A stretch of 64,000 nt of DNA from a virus: IMG/VR virus record IMGVR_UViG_3300005573_001621; one strand, given 5' to 3'. The notes under the pieces were generated by a model. The model ran no database searches. It was given only the letters and a program-made list of their open reading frames with translations, and was not told the origin of the DNA. Position numbers and translations under genes: made by a program. The first letter of the stretch is position 1, and every line of letters begins with the position of its first letter. Positions 18,884 to 27,346 of this stretch are shown here, in pieces.

Positions 18884-19155
18884 GAAAAGTTATCTGGATA
18901 GATCTCACGGGCTTTTCTTTCTGGATTCGTAAATATGACGGCTTCCCAGCTCATCAAATTGTCGCTGCTGGCAAGCGGGGTGAGAAGATAATGATTAAGC
19001 TTCTTAATCCCGCTACGCAGAGGACTTTTGGTGTGGATTCAGTAAATTTAGTTAGGTGGGAAGCTGGATCAAAGCCAGAAGGGCCCTTTGACCAGACCGC
19101 TCTGACTGTAATAGAAAAAATAAAAGAAGAGGTCGCTAAGAGCGCGCCACATTAG
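18880..19155 (+). CDS. Hypothetical protein
   Basis: GGAGG SD, ATGA overlap. Confidence 0.65.
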   Translation: MRKVIWIDLTGFSFWIRKYDGFPAHQIVAAGKRGEKIMIKLLNPATQRTFGVDSVNLVRWEAGSKPEGPFDQTALTVIEKIKEEVAKSAPH

Positions 19156-19214
19156 TCTGTTCTAGAGGATCAGCTAAAACGGAGTACTACCCGTATAATC
19201 AGTCGAGCGTAGCT

Positions 19215-20009
19215 TTGTACTTGCAGAGCTACGCTCTTTCTCGCTTTTTATTCAGAAGATTCGGCGAGTTTATTCAGAACGATGCAAGACGAGTCGTTTT
19301 TCGATCTGGAATGAAAAGATTCGTCCCTCATTTTGATATTCCCGCTCTAATTCTAGTCTGGGATGGGTTTGATACGGACGAAGATGTTGGGGTCTGGTCT
19401 TATCTGCCATTTAGAATTTCTTCCGAGTCTGGCGAATGCTTAGTTAGAGTTTCTGTCGAATTTCTCCACGATACTCCTACTGAATTGCTAGCTACACGAT
19501 CGCCAACGAGCCGAGCTATGGTTTCGGATCTCTTTGTCTTTCCCAATCTTCCACTCCCTGAAGAACTAGCTCATTTCATTGCGCCGCTTGAGAGCTCGAC
19601 AGGAGATACGAGTGCGCGGTTTGTGTGGTCTACTTATCAATATGTTTCTAATAAATTTCGTATAGAATATATTACTAAAGTTTTAGATCCTTTTGCTAAA
19701 GGATTTTCAGCTTTAGATTTTGCTTCTTCTTTGAAGGGGTATTTCCCTTTTCAGAGGTTCTTTTTGATCCCTATTGGAAAAGTCCCATTCCCTCTCCCTT
19801 CTTCTCCAGATAAAGTTGTCGTTTTTGATTTTTCTGCTTCTCAGTATTTTCTTTTTAGAATCAATGCTATTGATTTTGGTAATTCAATATATGAGACTGC
19901 AGAAACATCTGGCGAGAGATGGCTTCAAGTCACGGTCTCTGCTGAAACTCGCCAGCCTTTTCTCTCTTTCTTTCATCCTAACTGGGAAGCTTTTAGGAGA
20001 ACTCAATAA
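19215..20009 (+). CDS. Possible tail terminator/completion protein (gp15-like)
   Basis: IPALILVWDGF..D and C-terminal beta pattern; directly before tape measure. Confidence 0.35.
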   Translation: MYLQSYALSRFLFRRFGEFIQNDARRVVFRSGMKRFVPHFDIPALILVWDGFDTDEDVGVWSYLPFRISSESGECLVRVSVEFLHDTPTELLATRSPTSRAMVSDLFVFPNLPLPEELAHFIAPLESSTGDTSARFVWSTYQYVSNKFRIEYITKVLDPFAKGFSALDFASSLKGYFPFQRFFLIPIGKVPFPLPSSPDKVVVFDFSASQYFLFRINAIDFGNSIYETAETSGERWLQVTVSAETRQPFLSFFHPNWEAFRRTQ

Positions 20010-22912
20010 TGCCTGATCCCGAAGATACGATCCGAGCTGACAGCTCTGAAGAAGAAAAACTGAAAGAAAGATTAGAAGCTCTTAAAGCTGCCGCAGCGGC
20101 AGCTAAAGCTCGTGGGGCGAAGGAAGCTTGGAAGTTTTTAGAAGAAGAGTTCCAAAGAACTGCTAAAGCTCTAGCAGGACTCCGAAAGGAGATCAAAGAA
20201 ACTGAGGCAGCAGCTGCAGCGGCAAAAGCAGACCCTAAGCAAGTGAGAGAGTTTACTGCAGGAATAACTGAGAGCTTAGTTGGAGGATTTAAACAAGTTC
20301 GAAAGCATCTAGAAGAAAGAATCGCATGGCTGAGTGAAGAAGAAAAAGCACGAGCAAGAGTCTCATACGAAAAATTTGTTCAATCAATAGAAAAAATATT
20401 CGCTCCTCCAGAAAAAGCTCCACCAGCTCTCAAAGAGATAAGAGCTGCTTTTGAGAAAGGCAAAATTCCGACTCTCTTACAAACTGTTAGTTCAGTGATT
20501 GGCGCGAAAGAGCTCAAGAAGCTTCTTTGGCAGTTTGCAGAAAGCGCAGAAAAACTAGAGAAGCTACCTAAAGAAACTGCCGCTGCTTTACAGGGACCTC
20601 TGCAAGATCTTACTAAGATCTTTCATACACTCTTGAAGCAAGTTGCTTGGGAGCCGGGAGCAGCTCCCAGAGAGTTAGCTAAATTGGTCGAGCGGGGAAA
20701 GATTAAAGGCCTCCCGAGAATCCCGAGGGGTGAGTTTCCAGCTTCAGAAGCTCTGAAATACCAAAAGTCGTTTTTAGCTGATTTAGAAGAGACTCTCGAA
20801 ACCGCAGCTACAATTCGGGAAAAAGCGATAAGAGAAGCATTAAAGCCTCAAGCCGAAGCTATGGAAGCTTTCACTCGATTAGAAGCACCAGCTAAACTCG
20901 AAGACTTAAGAACACTCGCTGAAGAATTAGTAGGACATGCTAAAGAGCTTCCGTTACTACGACAAGCTGCTGTTGAGCAGGCAAAAACTGGAGAGATTAG
21001 CCTGTCAACACTTGAATCGACTCTCTCAACGATCGAAGCCCAGAAATCGGCGCTGACTTCTCTGAGAGCTCTCTTAGAGGAATATTTCCCAGGCTTCAAA
21101 GAGCTCTTTGCAGCTCAGTATGAAGCACTCGGAAAAGAAAAAGCGCCGGCGATAGAGCGAATCTTCAAGCTCTGGCCAGTCAGTCGACTTGGAGGGTTTC
21201 TTAAAGGATTGTTTAAAGTTGCTTTTCCGGGCTTCGAAGCTATGGGGAAAGTTTTCGCGAGATTAGGAGTACCGAGTTTCGCTACAGCATCGACTTGGCT
21301 CTGGAAGAAGATTTTCCCAGCCAAAGCAAAAACCGAAGAAGAAAGAGAGAGGCTAGCATTTGAGAAATCACTAGAACTCTATTTCAAAGAGCCTGGCCCT
21401 TTAAGAAAGATCTTGCAAAAGATTTTCCTTCCTACGCCTCGACTTGGAAAAGAAGAAAAAGCAAAATACGAGGAGTATCTAAAGTTATTAGTCGAAGCTG
21501 AAAAAGAGCGAGCTGCAAAAGAAGTTCCAATCGTGAAAGAAGGAGAAACTGCTGAGACATATACGGAGAAGAAATATCAGCGAGGGAGAAAGCGAAGAGG
21601 AGTAAAAGAAGCAGAAGAGAAAGTTGAAGAAGCGCTTTCAAAGAAGAAAGCCGAAGCCGAAGCTGAGAAGCCAGCAGAGCCGAAGAAGAAGCCAGCAGCA
21701 GAGCCGAAGAAGAAGCCAGCAGCAGAGCCGAAGAAGAAAGCCGAAGCCGAAGCTGAGAAGCCAGCAGAGCCGAAGAAGAAGCCAGCAGCAGAGCCGAAGA
21801 AGAAGCCAGCAGCAGAGCCGAAGAAGAGAGAGAAGCCGACAGAAGAAGAAGTTGAAGCAGAAGAAGCAGCTAAGCCGAAGAGGAGAGAGCAGCTGAAGCC
21901 GACAGAAGAAGAAGCAGCTAAGCCGAAGAAGAGAGAGCAGCTGAAGCCGACAGAAGAAGAAGTTGAAGCAAAAGAAGCAGTAGAGCCATTAGTTGAGAGC
22001 CAGGCTGAAGCGCTTTCAAAACTCTGTGCTCTAATTAGAGAAATAGTAAAAGGAGTATGTCAGTGTGTTCGAGAATCTACTGCACAGCTCACTGATGAGC
22101 TTCTTGATTTAGAGGCTAGAGAAAAAGAAGAAACTCAAGCCGAAGCTGAGAAGCCAACAAAAGAGGAAGGAGCGAAAGAAGAAAGAGAGCAAGAAAGCAA
22201 AGCTAAAAAAGAGGGAAGCTTGTTAGAAAAAGCGCTTAGTGGAGTCAAGAACCTTCTCGGTGGACTGAGAAAAGTAGGTGAGATTCCTGCTTTATTAGGA
22301 GGCGGGCTTCTCAAGGCGATTCCCAGCTTGCTAGGGCTTGGAGCTGGGGGAGCAGGGGGACTCGGAGCTGCTTTAGCAACAGCAGCGCCGATAGCACTCG
22401 GAGCAGTTGGTGTAGGCTTAGCTGGGTGGACAGCAGTAGAAGGCATTAGAGCACTTAAAGCTTCAGCTCAAGCAAAAGAGCACGAAAAAGCTCTTAAGCA
22501 ACAGCAGAAACAATGGCTAGAGTCAATTAAATCAAGGTATGGAGAAGAAATAGCTCGAAAAGCTGCTCCCTTGATAGCTGCAGGACAGTATCAAGAGGTA
22601 AGAAAACTGCTCCAGCTCCCTATTACAGCGCCGAAAAGAGAAGAACACAGAGTGAAGCGAGAAATCATAGCTCCTCAGAAGCCGCAGCAGATGCTTAGAA
22701 CTACAGAGAAAGCGCCTGCTCCAAAAGTAATTCTTAATCAAGAGTCAGTCGTTTCGGAATTAAGAGATGTTAAGACTTATCTAAAAAATCTGGTAGAAGT
22801 CTCCCAAGCAGGGCAGAAGCTGAAAGAGAGAGTTGTTGATCAAGCTGCCAGAAATGAGAAATTCAGGGATATTTATGGGAGTTCAAGCTTTACTGAAACG
22901 GCGCTTCTGTGA
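20009..22912 (+). CDS. Probable tape measure protein with internal K/P/A/E repeat insertion
   Basis: 967 aa, helical, Gly/Ala hydrophobic stretch (LLGLGAGGAGGLGAALATAAPIALGAVGVGLAGW); tail context. Confidence 0.65.
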   Translation: MPDPEDTIRADSSEEEKLKERLEALKAAAAAAKARGAKEAWKFLEEEFQRTAKALAGLRKEIKETEAAAAAAKADPKQVREFTAGITESLVGGFKQVRKHLEERIAWLSEEEKARARVSYEKFVQSIEKIFAPPEKAPPALKEIRAAFEKGKIPTLLQTVSSVIGAKELKKLLWQFAESAEKLEKLPKETAAALQGPLQDLTKIFHTLLKQVAWEPGAAPRELAKLVERGKIKGLPRIPRGEFPASEALKYQKSFLADLEETLETAATIREKAIREALKPQAEAMEAFTRLEAPAKLEDLRTLAEELVGHAKELPLLRQAAVEQAKTGEISLSTLESTLSTIEAQKSALTSLRALLEEYFPGFKELFAAQYEALGKEKAPAIERIFKLWPVSRLGGFLKGLFKVAFPGFEAMGKVFARLGVPSFATASTWLWKKIFPAKAKTEEERERLAFEKSLELYFKEPGPLRKILQKIFLPTPRLGKEEKAKYEEYLKLLVEAEKERAAKEVPIVKEGETAETYTEKKYQRGRKRRGVKEAEEKVEEALSKKKAEAEAEKPAEPKKKPAAEPKKKPAAEPKKKAEAEAEKPAEPKKKPAAEPKKKPAAEPKKREKPTEEEVEAEEAAKPKRREQLKPTEEEAAKPKKREQLKPTEEEVEAKEAVEPLVESQAEALSKLCALIREIVKGVCQCVRESTAQLTDELLDLEAREKEETQAEAEKPTKEEGAKEEREQESKAKKEGSLLEKALSGVKNLLGGLRKVGEIPALLGGGLLKAIPSLLGLGAGGAGGLGAALATAAPIALGAVGVGLAGWTAVEGIRALKASAQAKEHEKALKQQQKQWLESIKSRYGEEIARKAAPLIAAGQYQEVRKLLQLPITAPKREEHRVKREIIAPQKPQQMLRTTEKAPAPKVILNQESVVSELRDVKTYLKNLVEVSQAGQKLKERVVDQAARNEKFRDIYGSSSFTETALL
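21641..21980 (+). repeat. Nested coding tandem repeats (90-bp duplicate containing 24-bp units, then KPTEEE repeats)
   Basis: 21641-21730 = 21731-21820; unit GAGCCGAAGAAGAAGCCAGCAGCA (EPKKKPAA). Confidence 0.95.
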
Positions 22913-23280
22913 AGCTAGACATTAAAGTTCCAGCTGAAGCCGAGCTTTTTATTTCATTTATTAGAGGAAATCGAGTAGTCTCGAATTGGTATATCGCTGC
23001 TCTTAATCTAGAGTTTCGAGATAAAAACTCTTTTGTTCCCACAAGACTTGAGCTCGTTGAAGAAACAGCTTCAAAAAGGCAAATTCTTTTGTGGAAAGAG
23101 CTAATTAGATTGTTTAGAGCAAAAAGATTAGAAGTTACTCTCTGGCACCAGAAAACGAAAGCTTCGACGCTTTTGACTCCTTCGGAGCTTTTAAAATATC
23201 TTTTAGCTCTCAGTGATTTCAAAGCGAAAAAGCTTGTGGGTACTGTTGTGGTCAGTAGTGAAACAAAGAGCGTAGCTTGA
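22909..23280 (+). CDS. Hypothetical protein
   Basis: GTGA overlap. Confidence 0.6.
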   Translation: MKLDIKVPAEAELFISFIRGNRVVSNWYIAALNLEFRDKNSFVPTRLELVEETASKRQILLWKELIRLFRAKRLEVTLWHQKTKASTLLTPSELLKYLLALSDFKAKKLVGTVVVSSETKSVA

Positions 23281-23921
23281 TATTTCCACTAGCAATCTCT
23301 ATCCCTAAACAATATCAAGTTCTGACCGAGAAGAGAGCAGTTCAACACTCTTGGGACGTCATTGGCGTTTCTATAGTTCCCTCAAAAGCAATAGGACAAA
23401 CTCGAGTCCAAGCGATCAAAATCGCCAGATTCTGGGCTTCTTTTCAAAGGACTTTTTATTCGGAGCTCTTATTGGAGAAGACGATTGCAAGAAAATGGAA
23501 ATTTTTTGACAAAACGCAAAATTGCTTCTTAACTTTTCAAGAGTTCGAAGCTGGAATATACCGCTTGACTCGAGTCGCGCTACAATCTCGACAACTGCAT
23601 TCGAAGGGCCGAGTCATATTTAATAAGCTCTGGGCTTCAGGGAGAAAGCCGCTTATTTTAGCTTCAAAAGATCAGACTATTGAGTTTGTAGTAGCTGGAG
23701 TAGAATTTACTGTTAAACCGACTCAGTTTATTCAATTAAGCGGGATTTTCTTAGCTCAAAAAGAAGGAGATGCTCGATTACAAAACTTAGCTCTAGTAAC
23801 TTTTGAAGACTTTATTAAGAGCATAAGTTTAGGAGAGTCGTTTTTGAAGAGCTCCAGTCTTCTTTCTCCTCAAGATCTTCTGATGAAACTCATCGCAGAT
23901 ACTGCGCTTGTAGAGAGTTGA
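23277..23921 (+). CDS. Hypothetical protein
   Basis: TTGA overlap. Confidence 0.6.
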   Translation: MIFPLAISIPKQYQVLTEKRAVQHSWDVIGVSIVPSKAIGQTRVQAIKIARFWASFQRTFYSELLLEKTIARKWKFFDKTQNCFLTFQEFEAGIYRLTRVALQSRQLHSKGRVIFNKLWASGRKPLILASKDQTIEFVVAGVEFTVKPTQFIQLSGIFLAQKEGDARLQNLALVTFEDFIKSISLGESFLKSSSLLSPQDLLMKLIADTALVES

Positions 23922-23945
23922 GTTCACCGTCTATCTACTATATAG

Positions 23946-26726
23946 ATGATAGTTTTGATTGATCGTCACAAGGCTATCACCCGAGGCGAAGCTCAACTGC
24001 TTTTTTCTTTGATTCCAGAAGAACATCGTCCGGACTCTCAGCTCTTCTGTGTTCTGCCAGAAGGGAGGAGTTTAGAAGACTTTAAAGAAGCTAGCAAAAA
24101 AGTCTGGGAGAAACTAGATACTTATCTAACTCCCGAGCAAGTCATAGTCGCTTTCGGTAGTGCATCGAAATCAATCGTTCCTCAATGGAAAGCAGCTCCT
24201 TTTTCAGTTTCGAAAATCACTAAAGGCTCAAAAACATTCGCGCTCATTGGGATGCCAGCATCAGCAGATGTCATTCCCGGGTGGGGAATAGAATGTTATT
24301 ATTCTGCAAAGAATATCTCCGAATACCTGAGAGAAATAATCAGAAAAGCCAGATCTGGCGAGCTCAAAGATCATTTCAAGCTCCAGATAGAAGAAGAAAG
24401 CATCGAAGTTGTTAATCAAGGAACCGAGCTCCCCAGACTGGCGGTTTCTGTGGGTCCAGAAGCTCTGAGAGATTTTCTGAAAGCTGTTGATTTTTCACGT
24501 CCTTTGAGCTTAGACTTAGAGACTACTGGTTTACTTTTTTATAAAGCTAAAATTCTTTCAATCGCTCTCTCTCAAAGAAAAGACTCTGGAGAGATCGTAT
24601 CGGTATTTACTCATTGGGATCAAACTACAAAAGAACTGATGAAAGATTTCTTAGAAAGAGCGCCAGAAACACTCTTGATCCTGGGAGCGAACTTAAAATT
24701 CGACTTTTTAGCTCTAGCGTGGGAGTGGAGAGCTCAAAAGGATCAAATGATCGATCTTTTTACTAAGTTTCGGTGGGGAGATGTAATTCTTCGTTTCATT
24801 TCGCAAGATACTTCTCGAGTTCGAGCGAAAAGTTTAAAATATCTGGCAGCTCGGTATCTTTACTGGCCAGATTATACTTTAGCTGTGACTCAGTCAGATT
24901 CTTCTCGTCAGACTCTACACGGATTCTTCGCAAAGCAAGAAGCTGGATCAGACACAGAATCTTACCTGACTTATAATGTATTAGATACAATTGCTCCTAT
25001 TCTCCTGTGGGAAATAGCTGAGCAAGACCCTTCTTTATCAAGCTATGAGATTAGTTCAATCTATTGGATCATTCTAGAAAGGATTTCGAAGCTTCTTTTT
25101 GCCGTCTCACTAAAAGGAGTTCATATCGACTGGGCGAAATGTCAAGCGTGGGGGGACATCTTAAAGCAAGGCTTAGAAGAGAAAAAAGCTGAGATTCAAA
25201 AACTGAGCTCGATCACAAATCCTAACTCGACAAAACAGGTCGTTCCTGTTTTGAAAGCGCTGGGCGTTGATCTTTCTTCTCTTAAAAGAACTGATTCGGG
25301 TGAATTGTCAATTAACGCTGAGAATTTAGAAGCGCTTCTAGAGAAATTAGACCCTAACTCAAAAGAGTATACTCTAATTCAGGCGTTATATCAATATAGA
25401 TCAGGTCGTCACTTACTGGCGAATTTCTTAGACCCTGAAGTCTGGAAGCGGTATTCTGACGACGAAGGGATTCTTCATAGTGATTATAATCAGCATCAAG
25501 TTTCAAGCGGGAGGCTTTCTTCTTCGTCTCCCAACTTACAACAAGTAGGAGCTTTAAGAGTCATTTTCAAAGCTGGAAGACTCGCATTTGATGCTTACGA
25601 TAAAGTCAAAAATATCCGAGAGCTCTTTATCCCTCCGAGCCCTTCTGAGAAGGTTGGGGAGATCGACGGCTCTCAGATGGAGCTCAGAATTTTTGCTCTC
25701 TTAATGCAAGACCCTGAGCTTTTGTCCAGATTCAGAGCTCAAGAAGATCTATATAAGAGCTTAGCTTCGTTAGTTCATAATAAGCCGATGGATCAAATCA
25801 CAACAGAAGAAAGAAGCTGGGTTAAGACCATGACTTTAGGCGCTCTGTACGGAGTCTCTCTGAGAAGAGCGATCGCTTTAATAAAAAACGCTGATCCCGA
25901 AAGCATAAAGAGAACGTATTTCTTATTGCATTCAAAAGTAAAAGGGATCGATGAGTTAGCTCAGTGGGGAGAACATCAGGTCGCTTCTAGAGCAAATACT
26001 CCAGAGCGCTGGAGTGATCCAGTACGAGGAGTTACGAGAGAGAGAGTTCTTTTAGCTTTAGAGGGCTTCGTTTATACTCCAGACAGGTTCAAACGAGTCT
26101 TCTATGATCTTAAGTCTTCTATACTTAATTTCCCTGTTCAGGGCTTCGCATCAGACGTGATGCTTCAGATGGCTTGGGGCGCTTGGAAGAATTGGAGGAA
26201 AGCTGGACTCTCGATTTTTAATGTCGTTCACGACTCTTTTTTGTTTTCTGGAACAAAAGAGCTATTAGAAGAGTTCAAAGATTGGGCTGTTAGATATCTG
26301 CCTGAAGTTTTAACAACGAGATGCCAATTCTTAACAAAAGAAGATCTAGAGTTTTTCTATAGAAGACTTCTAAAGTATTTCCCTTCGAAAGACGGATTTT
26401 ATGAGATCCCGAGGATAGAGATTGACTTCGGGATGGGCTCTAATTGGGGAACAGTCCAAAAAAGCGTTCAGTCTTCTGCTCTAGCTAGGGGATTGGTAGT
26501 CCCAGATAATCTCAGGCTTCTCAGCTCATCTTTTTATAGGATTCTTCCGATCTTAGAAGTAGACGACGCTCTAGCTGTAGGCTCTCATATTTTAATCCAG
26601 CAATCTAGAGTCTTAGTACCGGTCTCGGTCTTCTCTCAGCTAAAAACTCAATGCCGCTCTGGACTTAATTGGATAGGGACTAGACTGACGCCAGAGCCGA
26701 GTTTTGAGCTGCTTTCGAGAGGATGA
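23946..26726 (+). CDS. polA: DNA polymerase family A with 3'-5' exonuclease
   Basis: SLDLETTG, GANLKFD, YNVLD; SGRLSSSSPNLQQ, DGSQMELR (A), RSWVKTMTLGALYG (B), VHDS (C). Confidence 0.95.
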   Translation: MIVLIDRHKAITRGEAQLLFSLIPEEHRPDSQLFCVLPEGRSLEDFKEASKKVWEKLDTYLTPEQVIVAFGSASKSIVPQWKAAPFSVSKITKGSKTFALIGMPASADVIPGWGIECYYSAKNISEYLREIIRKARSGELKDHFKLQIEEESIEVVNQGTELPRLAVSVGPEALRDFLKAVDFSRPLSLDLETTGLLFYKAKILSIALSQRKDSGEIVSVFTHWDQTTKELMKDFLERAPETLLILGANLKFDFLALAWEWRAQKDQMIDLFTKFRWGDVILRFISQDTSRVRAKSLKYLAARYLYWPDYTLAVTQSDSSRQTLHGFFAKQEAGSDTESYLTYNVLDTIAPILLWEIAEQDPSLSSYEISSIYWIILERISKLLFAVSLKGVHIDWAKCQAWGDILKQGLEEKKAEIQKLSSITNPNSTKQVVPVLKALGVDLSSLKRTDSGELSINAENLEALLEKLDPNSKEYTLIQALYQYRSGRHLLANFLDPEVWKRYSDDEGILHSDYNQHQVSSGRLSSSSPNLQQVGALRVIFKAGRLAFDAYDKVKNIRELFIPPSPSEKVGEIDGSQMELRIFALLMQDPELLSRFRAQEDLYKSLASLVHNKPMDQITTEERSWVKTMTLGALYGVSLRRAIALIKNADPESIKRTYFLLHSKVKGIDELAQWGEHQVASRANTPERWSDPVRGVTRERVLLALEGFVYTPDRFKRVFYDLKSSILNFPVQGFASDVMLQMAWGAWKNWRKAGLSIFNVVHDSFLFSGTKELLEEFKDWAVRYLPEVLTTRCQFLTKEDLEFFYRRLLKYFPSKDGFYEIPRIEIDFGMGSNWGTVQKSVQSSALARGLVVPDNLRLLSSSFYRILPILEVDDALAVGSHILIQQSRVLVPVSVFSQLKTQCRSGLNWIGTRLTPEPSFELLSRG

Positions 26727-26732
26727 GACTCA

Positions 26733-27308
26733 ATGAAAGATATTTTAAGAGCAGTGATAGTAGGAGTATTTTGCGGACTTACTTTGTTCGCTTTTGAAAG
26801 AACTTTTCTTCACACTCAGATAGAAGCTAAAGAGGCTTCAGAAAGAACTCTCAGCTCTGTTCTTCTTCATTCAGCGCTTGAGAGATCTATCTTAGATTCA
26901 ACAAAAGCCTTTATTTATAGAGTTAATCCAAACGTGCGTCCCGCAGTTGCTGACTCAATAGCTTTCTGGGCGCTGTACTGGAGTAAATATTATGGGGTCC
27001 CTCTCTGGAGCTTGGTCTCAATTATAGCTGCAGAGAGTGAGTTCGTTCCTGATGCAAAAGGAAAAGCTTTAGAGATCGGATTATGCCAGATTCACCCAAA
27101 GACTGCTCAGCTCTTCTTAAAAGAAATGAAAAAGAATCCTAAAGATTTTTCTAGAGCGCAGCTTGAAAGGATTGATCTGAACATTCGGCTCGGAGCATAT
27201 CATCTTTGGAGGAGCAATTTTTTCTCTGCAATAGAATACTCTCAATACAATCGCGCAAAGAAATACAGACGCTTCGTCTTCGAGCGCATAGTGGCAGCTG
27301 GGCAGTGA
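26733..27308 (+). CDS. Lytic transglycosylase (SLT) with N-terminal membrane anchor
   Basis: IIAAESEF.PDA, GLCQI.P.TA, NIRLGAYHL; hydrophobic N-terminus. Confidence 0.85.
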   Translation: MKDILRAVIVGVFCGLTLFAFERTFLHTQIEAKEASERTLSSVLLHSALERSILDSTKAFIYRVNPNVRPAVADSIAFWALYWSKYYGVPLWSLVSIIAAESEFVPDAKGKALEIGLCQIHPKTAQLFLKEMKKNPKDFSRAQLERIDLNIRLGAYHLWRSNFFSAIEYSQYNRAKKYRRFVFERIVAAGQ

Positions 27309-27346
27309 TTGAATTGAAAAATAAGAATGAGAAGCTTTAAGTCATA

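Noticed and set aside
21641-21980. CRISPR array interpretation of the repeats
   Set aside because: Units are contiguous, in frame and have no unique spacers
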